A DNA stretch of 30,779 nt from an uncultured Gemmatimonadota bacterium (GTDB lineage Bacteria; GCA-2686955). The stretch covers positions 124,001 to 154,779 of the forward strand of contig CAZBBK010000005.1 in the NCBI GenBank assembly GCA_964490075.1, read 5' to 3'. Made by a program: the position numbers and the translations under genes. This document shows positions 1-7,844 of this stretch, piece after piece. How positions within the stretch are numbered: the first letter of the stretch is position 1; each line of letters opens with the position of its first letter. The notes under the pieces are model-generated. The model searched no databases, had not been told where the DNA came from, and worked only from the letters and a program-made list of their open reading frames with translations.

Positions 1-2
1 CC

Positions 3-1472
3 CGCATCGACACCCTGGCCACCCAGGGCGTGCTGCTCGAGGCCGCCGCCACGTCGCTGCCGCGCACCACCCAGGCCCTCGCCTCGCTGCTCACCGGGCG
101 CCACCCGGACGAGCACGGCGTGCTCGAGATCGGCGAGTACCTCACCCTCGAAACGGTCACCCTCGCCGAGCATCTCGAGGCAGCCGGCTACCACACCGCA
201 GCAGTCAGCGCCAACACCTTGGCCAGTTCATTTCAAGGACTCCATCAAGGTTTCGACGAGTTCGTCGACGCCAACGAGCTGCAGCACCGCTACGACAGCC
301 AGGGCGGCAGCGGCGGCTTTCACGCCGCCACCGTCACCGACGTTGCCCTCGAACTGCTCGAGCGCCATGGCGCCACCTCCCCCTGGTTCCTTTGGGTCCA
401 CTATCTCGACCCCCACTTCCCCTACGACGCCCCCGACCCCGACCCCGGCCCCGACGTCGAGACCGCGCGCGCCTTCTACGAGGAGATCAAGACCCTCGAG
501 CCGAAGACCGCCGCCGTCCACTTCGATCTCGCCGGCCGCTCCAGCGCCGTGCGCGACACCATGGACCGCCTCTACGACGCCGAGGTGCGCTACACCGACC
601 GCCAGATCGGCCGCCTGCTCGACACCTGGCGCGCCCGCCCCGCCGCCCCTCCAACCCTCCTCGTGTTCACCTCCGACCACGGCGAGAGCCTCGGCGAGCA
701 CGGCTACTTCTACGAGCACGGCGATTTCGTCTTCGAGCCCAGCGTGCGCATTCCGATGATCTTCCACGCCCCCTGGCGCCTTCCCGCCGCCCGGCGCGTA
801 GTGGATCCCGTGTCGATCGTCGACGTCGTGCCGACCATCTGCGAGCTGCTCGAGCTCCCCGCCCTGCCGGGCGCCACCGGCATCGACATCAGCGAGCTGC
901 TCGCCGGTTGTCCCCAGGCAGATCCGCGCGGACCGGTCTTCTGCCAGAGCGGCTCGGCCCTGCGTCCCCACAACCCGATCCGCGCCTTCGCCGGACGCCG
1001 CCGCGGCGAAGGACCCGGCAAGCCCGCCTTCCTGTCGGCGCGCGACGGCGACTGGGTCCTGGTGCGCAGGACATCGAGCGGCCGCACCCTCCTTCACAAC
1101 GCCGCCAGCGACCCCACCTTCCGGATCGACCTGGCCGCGGAGCACCCCGAGCGGACCGAGCGTCTCGCGGCCGCCCTCGAGACCCACGGTGGCGTGCTCC
1201 GCGACCGCTGGCTGATGGTCCGCGACGGCGACTGGAAGCTGCAACGCATCCCCACCCTCGAGGGCTACCAGGACCGCCTCTACGACCTCGCCGCCGATCC
1301 CACCGAGACCGTCGACCTCGCCTTCCGGCACCCCGACCTCGCCGCCCGCCTCGCCACGGAGCTCGACCGCCACCAGTCCCAGGCTCCCGAGCCCGCCCCC
1401 GCCCACTACCGCGGCGCAGCCGAAGAGGCCGAGATCGACCGCCGGCTGCGTTCGTTGGGCTATATCGAGTAG
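3..1472 (+). CDS. Sulfatase-like hydrolase/transferase (alkaline phosphatase superfamily), 5' partial
   Basis: The frame is open from the window edge (RIDTLATQGVLLE...). It contains TTQALASLLTG at the nucleophile position, WVHYLDPHFPY, YDAEVRYTD, TSDHGESLGEHG..EHG, LYDLAADPTE and C-terminal LRSLGYIE. Confidence 0.9.
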   Translation, partial: RIDTLATQGVLLEAAATSLPRTTQALASLLTGRHPDEHGVLEIGEYLTLETVTLAEHLEAAGYHTAAVSANTLASSFQGLHQGFDEFVDANELQHRYDSQGGSGGFHAATVTDVALELLERHGATSPWFLWVHYLDPHFPYDAPDPDPGPDVETARAFYEEIKTLEPKTAAVHFDLAGRSSAVRDTMDRLYDAEVRYTDRQIGRLLDTWRARPAAPPTLLVFTSDHGESLGEHGYFYEHGDFVFEPSVRIPMIFHAPWRLPAARRVVDPVSIVDVVPTICELLELPALPGATGIDISELLAGCPQADPRGPVFCQSGSALRPHNPIRAFAGRRRGEGPGKPAFLSARDGDWVLVRRTSSGRTLLHNAASDPTFRIDLAAEHPERTERLAAALETHGGVLRDRWLMVRDGDWKLQRIPTLEGYQDRLYDLAADPTETVDLAFRHPDLAARLATELDRHQSQAPEPAPAHYRGAAEEAEIDRRLRSLGYIE

Positions 1473-1526
1473 GCGCGCGCAGAGGCGAACGACAGCGACG
1501 TCCAGGGCGGCCACCAGTAGGCCGCG

Positions 1527-2151
1527 CTACTCCTCCACCCGAACGATCTCGACCTTCACCATGACGACCGGATCGGTGGGCAGGTCGCGCATGCTGCGCG
1601 GAACATTGGCGATCTTGGTCACCACATCCTCTCCGGCGACGACCTGGCCGAAGATCGTGTGGCGACCGTTGAGATGCGGCGTGGGGACCTCGGTGATGAA
1701 GAACTGGCGGCCGTTGGTAGGGGGCCCGAGTTGGCCATCGCCAGACGCCCGGGGCCATCGAACTCCAGGCTCGGGTCGATCTCGTCTTCGAACTGGTAGC
1801 CGGGGCCGCCAACCCGTCCGCCGAGGGGATCCCAGCCCTGAATCATCAAACGGGGGATGACCCGGTGAAAGACCAGCCCATCGTAGAAACGCTCACCCTT
1901 CATCGTCTCTCTGGAGACTGGATGGACCCACTCCTTGATCCCCTCGGCGAGCCCCACGAGGTTCTCGACGGTCTTCGGGGCCTGACCGGGAAAGAGGCGG
2001 CAAACGATACGGCCGTGATTGGTGTCGAAGAGGACATAGAGCCCCGCCTTGCCGCGCCACGCTTGCGCTCCGTTTTCGGCGTCGCCCGGCCGGCCAGGGC
2101 GGTCATCGCAAAGAACAAGACGCCGATATGGAGTAGCCTGATCTTGATCAT
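1527..2151 (-). pseudogene. Cyclophilin-type peptidyl-prolyl cis-trans isomerase with signal peptide, frameshifted
   Basis: AGGAG precedes the ATG at 2151. Three frames join as MIKIRLLHIGVLFFAMTALA / LYVLFDTNHGRIVCRLFPGQAPKTVENLVGLAEG...[36 protein letters not shown] / [27 protein letters not shown]...[10 protein letters not shown]. Frameshifts lie near 2050-2090 and 1720. Sequencing error is not excluded. Confidence 0.85.
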
Positions 2152-2295
2152 CGCCTTGGGCTCCTGCTCAACAACAAGTGCCGCCTTCTGACTTACGTGG
2201 ATCTGGTTCGCTTCAATCGCGTCGAGAATGCCGGAACTCACGTTCGGCTCCAAGATCCACCAACACTGCCGATGCGGCTTCCGCGAGAGAACCCC

Positions 2296-4617
2296 ATGAA
2301 GCGCCGACGAGCCTGGCTCTGCATCTTGGCCGCCACCATCGTGGTCGTTCTCTTCGTCCAGCTCCAAGCCAGGAGAAGCGCGGCGGTCGATCTGACCCGC
2401 GCCATCGCCTCTCTCGACGCGCTGCTCTGCGATGAAGCGCCTTCGCTCCCCGCGGTGGCGGCCGACACATCCCCATCCACGCGTCGGACTTGGCATCTCT
2501 TGACGGAAGAGCTTGCTCCGACATTCGCGGCCTTCCGGCCACCGCAGCGCCGCCGCCGCGGCTTGCTCGTGCCGCTCGCCCCATCCAGCGATCCCCGCGC
2601 CGATGACCACGACTGGACCCTGCTCACCGAGGGCAATGTGTTGCGCAACGAAGCGCCGCTCGGGGTTGCCGCGGCCGATCTGGAGGAGCTCGTTCTGCGG
2701 CTCGAAAGGCGCCACGGGGACCAGCTCATGTTGCGCTTCTCCACGGAGCGCGGCGGAACCCGAGCCACCGACGTGGTGGTCCAGGTGCCGCTGGCGACGG
2801 TGGACGGTCTGGCTACCCTGCGTCTGCGGCGACCGGTCTCCGGCGGCGACGCAAGTGTCGTTCATTTCATCTCGATCGAAGCGAGCCCGGACGCCACTCG
2901 AGCCGCTGAAATTCGCCTCCACTCGCTCGAGATCCGCTCTCGACTCGATGCCTTCTCCGCCACGCCGAACGGGATCGACCGCATCGAAATCGATCGAGAT
3001 CTGCGCCTCGCCGCGTGGCAGAGCGTGCCGGGAGAGACACGATTTTCCATCGAACCCGCGATGGGCGATCAGCTCAGGTTTTCCGCGGCGCTGCTCTCGC
3101 GCTGCGTCGACGACACCGTGTCGTTCGTGGTCGACCAGGTGAACCCGGTCGGTGTCCGCTCGACGCTGGCGCACGGAAGCATTCGCTCGGGCTCGGCCTG
3201 GGCCTCCCATTCGGTCGTCTGTGATCTCCCGGATGGCGGCACACTGGCATTCAGAGCGGAGCAACTCGATGACGAAGCTGCGCTCGCCTTTTCCGATATC
3301 CGACTGGTCGATGGAAGCATCCCCCCGAGACGGATCGTAATGGTCCTCATCGATGCGCTGCGGGCGGACTACGTCGGCCACGACCATCGATCGCCCTCGC
3401 CGACGCCCAACCTGGATCGCCTGGCCGCCGCGGGCACGAGATTCACGCGCGCCTATGCCCAGTCCTTCTGGACCCGCGCATCGCTCCCTTCGATCATGAC
3501 CGGCCTCTACCCGAGCGCCACCGGCGTGCAGAACACGCGCCAGCGTCTTTCCGCGTCGCACCTCACCCTGGCGGAAGTGTTGCGTGCCGCCGGCTTCGTC
3601 ACCGTCAGTACGATTCGCAATCCCAACGCCGGCCCGGCGGCGGGGCTCCAGGCCGGATTCGATCAGGTTCATCTGCACGGCGAGATCGGCAAGATCGCCG
3701 GAACGGCGGCGGTGCTGGATCATATCGCCATGCCGATCATCGAGGCTCTGGGAGACGACGACATATTCCTGTACGTTCACCTGATGGAGGTTCACGGTCC
3801 CTACGGTCCTCCCCGCCCGGTCCACTCCGACACCTGGCGTGGGTCACAGGGGACACCGGTCGAATACGATTCTTTCTACGATCGGCCCTGGTGTCGCACG
3901 CCGACAGCGGAGCAACGGATCGCTCTCTATGAGCTCGACGTCCAGTCGACCGATTCGGGTGTCGGAAAATTCCTGCGGGAGATCCTCCGCCGCTGGGAGG
4001 GCGACCCGGGCCCGCCGGTGGTCGTCGCGTTGATGTCGGACCACGGGGAGTACCTGGGAGAGGACGGACGCTGGGGCCACGCAAAGGCCGAGCTCTGCCC
4101 CGAGATCGTGCATGTGCCGTTGATTCTGCGGGCACCGGGATCGTTGCCGGCCGGCACGGTCGTCGATCGGCCGGTGGAGAATCGCAGTGTCGCATCCACA
4201 TTGCTCGAGCTCGCCCGGCTGCAGGGTGCGCCGGTGCCGACCGTCCACCTGGGAGCGCCGAGTTTGCTGCCGTTGATCCTCGGCGGCACGGGCGGCTCAT
4301 CGCGTTGGGCGCTCGCGGAGGCCGGCAGGGCCGAGTCCGACGCGCGTTTCTTCAGTGCTTTCGGCGATCGCTTCAGCTTCATCGGCGGCCGTGGAGACGA
4401 GTCGGGCGTGGTGATCCTGCGGGGCGCCTGCGGCGCTGGCGAGCGGGTGCGTCGCGGACCCTTGGCGGAGGCGGAGACACTGTTCACCGACCTGCGGGCA
4501 CGCTTCGCCGTCAGGCAGGCCCTGCTGCGACGCGCGATCTCACCCGGCGATTCGCCACCAGAATTCGAGCTCGACATCCAAACCCTGGAGCTCTTGCGAA
4601 GCCTGGGCTACCTGTAG
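2296..4617 (+). CDS. Membrane-anchored sulfatase-like hydrolase/transferase with a ~340-aa N-terminal extension
   Basis: Likely start MKRRRAWLCILAATIVVVLF (basic residues then a TM helix); the ORF track starts at 2197. Motifs: IDALRAD, TPNLDRLA, WTRASLPSIMTG, HLMEVHGPY, SDHGEYLGEDGRWGH and C-terminal LRSLGYL. Confidence 0.88.
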   Translation: MKRRRAWLCILAATIVVVLFVQLQARRSAAVDLTRAIASLDALLCDEAPSLPAVAADTSPSTRRTWHLLTEELAPTFAAFRPPQRRRRGLLVPLAPSSDPRADDHDWTLLTEGNVLRNEAPLGVAAADLEELVLRLERRHGDQLMLRFSTERGGTRATDVVVQVPLATVDGLATLRLRRPVSGGDASVVHFISIEASPDATRAAEIRLHSLEIRSRLDAFSATPNGIDRIEIDRDLRLAAWQSVPGETRFSIEPAMGDQLRFSAALLSRCVDDTVSFVVDQVNPVGVRSTLAHGSIRSGSAWASHSVVCDLPDGGTLAFRAEQLDDEAALAFSDIRLVDGSIPPRRIVMVLIDALRADYVGHDHRSPSPTPNLDRLAAAGTRFTRAYAQSFWTRASLPSIMTGLYPSATGVQNTRQRLSASHLTLAEVLRAAGFVTVSTIRNPNAGPAAGLQAGFDQVHLHGEIGKIAGTAAVLDHIAMPIIEALGDDDIFLYVHLMEVHGPYGPPRPVHSDTWRGSQGTPVEYDSFYDRPWCRTPTAEQRIALYELDVQSTDSGVGKFLREILRRWEGDPGPPVVVALMSDHGEYLGEDGRWGHAKAELCPEIVHVPLILRAPGSLPAGTVVDRPVENRSVASTLLELARLQGAPVPTVHLGAPSLLPLILGGTGGSSRWALAEAGRAESDARFFSAFGDRFSFIGGRGDESGVVILRGACGAGERVRRGPLAEAETLFTDLRARFAVRQALLRRAISPGDSPPEFELDIQTLELLRSLGYL

Positions 4618-5636
4618 CGGCTCCGAGTCGGCGGATCTGCGGAGACACTGGCGAGCTCGGGTGGAATCAGTCCGCGTGTGATCAGGAAATCCAGCGCCAC
4701 GCGCGTGTACACCTGGTGAATCCGCGGCCCGGGATGTCCGTTCACGGGGCTCACCTGGAGCTCGCTTCGGGAGAAGCGGCCCAGCTGACGGGTCAGAGCA
4801 TATTGTGCATTGACGTACGGAATCTCGGCCACTGTGAGCAGATGCTCGATCAAACAGAGCTCAGGACCGTACGACCGTTCTTCGTGCGGTCCGTTGGGAG
4901 TGATCATCACGCTCAGATCCCAGCCCGACTCGCGACAGGTTTGCGCGAGCTCGTCGAGCACTGCCTGGTAGGCGACGAGGTTCTCCTCGGAGTAGAGCGC
5001 TTTCGCCCAGTTCCTGTATCCATAGGTGTCGTCGTGCCACGCCAAGACGTGGTCCAGCCGCGACATCAAGGCACCGCCGACATTCGGGAGGATCGTGATC
5101 GACTGGCGCAGATCGAGCTGCCGCTGCACCACCAGCCCGACGTCGGGGTCGTTGGTGACCAGGCCGATGAGCACCGCGTCGAGGTCCAGCGTTGGCCCAT
5201 ACTCCTGGAGGAACTCGAGTTGGTCGAGGGTCGACCAGCCCTTCTTCGCGCAGCTCAGGATCTCGATCGGCGCACCCGCCGCGGTGACCATTTGCTCGAG
5301 CCGATGGCTCCAGACCAGCCGCCAATCGAGCCCGTCCCCCCAGACGAAGGAATCCCCCAAAACGGCGATTCTGCGCGCAATTCCCTGGGGCTTTCGAGGA
5401 GCACGCACCCGATCGGTGAAGCCGAAAGGGTTCTGCTCCGCGAAGCGCGCGTTGGCGGCGTTGGTCGCTCGATCCAGCTCGAGCGCCGCGCTTCGTTGCT
5501 GGTCTGCGCTCGGCCCGACACCGTGCTCGAGGAAGAGATCGAGCGCGGCAAGGCCGGCAATTCCCCCAACGATCACCATCACCGCTGCGTAGCACGCCTT
5601 GCGCCAGAGAGGGATCTTGCGCTGTCTGGCTCCCAT
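4608..5636 (-). CDS. Membrane-anchored SGNH/GDSL-family esterase or acyltransferase
   Basis: N-terminal TM helix, NPFGFTD, block I IAVLGDSFVWGDG, block II GWST, block III TND, block V NGHP. Overlaps the convergent gene end by 10 nt. Confidence 0.85.
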   Translation of the reverse strand: MGARQRKIPLWRKACYAAVMVIVGGIAGLAALDLFLEHGVGPSADQQRSAALELDRATNAANARFAEQNPFGFTDRVRAPRKPQGIARRIAVLGDSFVWGDGLDWRLVWSHRLEQMVTAAGAPIEILSCAKKGWSTLDQLEFLQEYGPTLDLDAVLIGLVTNDPDVGLVVQRQLDLRQSITILPNVGGALMSRLDHVLAWHDDTYGYRNWAKALYSEENLVAYQAVLDELAQTCRESGWDLSVMITPNGPHEERSYGPELCLIEHLLTVAEIPYVNAQYALTRQLGRFSRSELQVSPVNGHPGPRIHQVYTRVALDFLITRGLIPPELASVSADPPTRSRYR

Positions 5637-5639
5637 TCC

Positions 5640-5843
5640 TCACCAACTCCCGACTGTGGAAACAGCGATTCTCATCCCGCCTCCTCCTGCAAGTAGCTTG
5701 CGATCCGGCTCATGATGCCACGGGCGAAGAGATCGTAGCCCCGCGCGCTGAAGCCCGATCTCGAGGCCGGCCACCGCGAGGGCGGCGATCACGACGACGA
5801 GAAGCAAACGGCGTCCGCTCCGTCCAGTGGTGTCGTTGGTCAT
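5640..5843 (-). pseudogene. Truncated N-terminal stub of a membrane-anchored SGNH-like paralog (67 aa)
   Basis: MTNDTTGRSGRRLLLVVVIAALAVAGLEIGLQRAG... ends RIAVSTVGSW*, breaking exactly where the neighbouring gene reads RIAVLGDS. Confidence 0.45.
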
Positions 5844-6005
5844 GCGTGGCCATCGCCGGCCGGCCCGGCGATCCGTTGCTCCCGGTGCCGAGGCCAGGCT
5901 ACCATCGTCGCGCGCGATTCGACGCGGATCCCCCGCGTTCGCCGCGCGGGCGCACTGCCCTCTTCTCGTCGGCGATGGGCCCCGTTCAACGACCCTTCTC
6001 CCTTC

Positions 6006-6806
6006 ATGGCTCCACGTTTCGCCGCGCTGCTCTTGGCCATCGGCACGACCCTGCTGGCCGCCAACGTCGCCGGCCTCTTCCTGTTCACCGAGATCGAGAA
6101 GGGCGCGGACTTCGTTCTCGACAGTCGACCGAGAACTCTCTCCGCAAAGGAGTTTTGGAAAGGGGCGGAGCGCCTTCCGGGCGAGTCGACCGATTTCTAT
6201 GTGCGGCGCCTGACCGATCTGATCAGCGATCGCTTTCTCTTGGCCGATCCGCGACATGCCAAGCCCACCTTCTTCGAGAACTGGCTGCTCTGGGCCCGCG
6301 CTCGATCGCTGGGAAGATACGAGTGGACCGATACGCGCAGAGCCGTGCGACTCGGCGGAGGGTACTGCTCACAGCATGCCATGGTCCTCGACAACATCCT
6401 ACAGGATCAGGGAATCGAGGCGCGCATCCTGACTCTGAACGGCCACGTGGTCAACGAGGCTCGTATCGATGGACAGTGGCGAGTTTGCGACCCCGACCAC
6501 GGAATCGTCTTCGACCACTCACTGGATGAGCTGGAAGGTGCGCCCGAAACGGTCTATCGCGTCTACCGGGCCTGGGGACATTCCCACGAGGAGGCCGCGG
6601 GGTGGCGCGAGATCTACGCCTCTCGAGACGACAACGACCGCCTCGAGGGATCGGTCGATTACGACCCGCTGAACGCTCGCTACGAGCGGGTCGCCCTCTG
6701 TCTCGTATGGGTCGTGCCGATCGTTCTGATCCTGCTGGGTGGGTTGCTGCGCCGCATCGGAGGTCTGTTGCGACCACCCGGCACTCGAAAGGAGTCCGGA
6801 CCATGA
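6006..6806 (+). CDS. Transglutaminase-like (Cys-His-Asp) membrane protein
   Basis: N- and C-terminal hydrophobic helices; GGYCSQHA...GHVVNE...WRVCDPD matches the spacing of the transglutaminase/papain-like triad. Confidence 0.7.
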   Translation: MAPRFAALLLAIGTTLLAANVAGLFLFTEIEKGADFVLDSRPRTLSAKEFWKGAERLPGESTDFYVRRLTDLISDRFLLADPRHAKPTFFENWLLWARARSLGRYEWTDTRRAVRLGGGYCSQHAMVLDNILQDQGIEARILTLNGHVVNEARIDGQWRVCDPDHGIVFDHSLDELEGAPETVYRVYRAWGHSHEEAAGWREIYASRDDNDRLEGSVDYDPLNARYERVALCLVWVVPIVLILLGGLLRRIGGLLRPPGTRKESGP

Positions 6807-7762
6807 AGGGCGGTCCGGTTCATGGCGTGCCACGCGTGATCCTGGCCATGTGGTTGGTGTCGACCGCGCTCGTGTCGTGCTCCAGCGAGCCAGGAGCGCC
6901 CAGGAGGGCGGGGCAGGGGGACGACCCCGTGACCGTGCCGCCGCTGCAGGCCCAGCGCCGCGCGGGGCTCGAGCCCACCGGTAGCCGGGTACTGAGCGGC
7001 CGGGTGGAGTGCGCGGGTTGCGCGGGTGAGATCCAGGTCATCGTCTACGAGATCGATCCGGCCAGGCCGAGCGCGGAACAGATCAGAGGGATCGCGTGGA
7101 TCCGCGAGCCCTGGCGATTCCGCATCGACGGACTGCCGGATTCCGCAGCGCTCACCATCTCGGCGCGCTGGGACCCGGAGGGTACAGTGATCCGCGGGGC
7201 ACCGGTCGCCGGAACCCGCATCTCGACCCCCTTGGCGGTGCCCGACGCGACACGGCCAGCCGGCGAGCTCGTGGTCGACCTGAACGCCGCGGTCGACTTC
7301 TCGCTCATGGGCGCCGACGGTACCGATCGACCGAGCGGCCCACCCCTTCCTCCGGAACCAACGGAGCGTCCCGGCGGGGAAGCGTCCGAGGCATGGACCA
7401 TGGGCGAGGACGCGAGCCACCAAGGCGCGTCGATCTCCAGATCGCCGCTGCGAGACGTGTCGGGGAGAGTCGTGTGCGACGTATGCGGCGGCCGAGTCGC
7501 CGTCTTTCTTTCTACCGTCCCCACTCTCGATCCGCAGGGCGCGGAGGTCGTCGACCAGGTCTTCATCGATTCGCGAAGGGAATTCGTCTTCAGAGATGTG
7601 CCCGCGAACCGCCGCATCTACCTGGGGGCGCGCTGGGACGCGGACGGTGAGCCCGGACCGGGACTGCCGGGTCCGAACGATCTCTCCACCTCGATCGTGA
7701 TCACTCCGCTGCCGCCCGGCGAGGAGGCCGAGACACTAGAGGTCGTGCTGAAGACGCGATGA
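6803..7762 (+). CDS. Putative lipoprotein with two repeated CxxC-containing beta-rich domains
   Basis: ATGA overlap with the upstream stop and GGAG before the ATG. Lipobox-like LVSC. Repeats SGRVECAGC...FRIDGLP...ISARWD and SGRVVCDVC...FVFRDVP...LGARWD are separated by a Pro-rich linker. Confidence 0.7.
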   Translation: MKGGPVHGVPRVILAMWLVSTALVSCSSEPGAPRRAGQGDDPVTVPPLQAQRRAGLEPTGSRVLSGRVECAGCAGEIQVIVYEIDPARPSAEQIRGIAWIREPWRFRIDGLPDSAALTISARWDPEGTVIRGAPVAGTRISTPLAVPDATRPAGELVVDLNAAVDFSLMGADGTDRPSGPPLPPEPTERPGGEASEAWTMGEDASHQGASISRSPLRDVSGRVVCDVCGGRVAVFLSTVPTLDPQGAEVVDQVFIDSRREFVFRDVPANRRIYLGARWDADGEPGPGLPGPNDLSTSIVITPLPPGEEAETLEVVLKTR

Positions 7763-7826
7763 TCCCCCGCCGAGCTGCGGTCGCGCTGCCACTCGAACCC
7801 TTGGGGTTCGCGCGACCTCCGGGGGA
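7763..7826. terminator. Nested GC-rich stem-loop between convergent genes
   Basis: Three nested stems: TCCCCCG(7763)/CGGGGGA(7820), GGTCGCG(7779)/CGCGACC(7811) and CGAACCC(7794)/GGGTTCG(7804). There is no U-tract, so the terminator role is uncertain. Confidence 0.4.
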
Positions 7827-7844
7827 ATGCTCCGTCGATCGCTC

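Noticed and set aside
1900..3825. 641-aa minus-strand ORF
   Set aside because: Antisense to sulfatase-like gene 2; only a short stretch near its end is real (the cyclophilin signal peptide).
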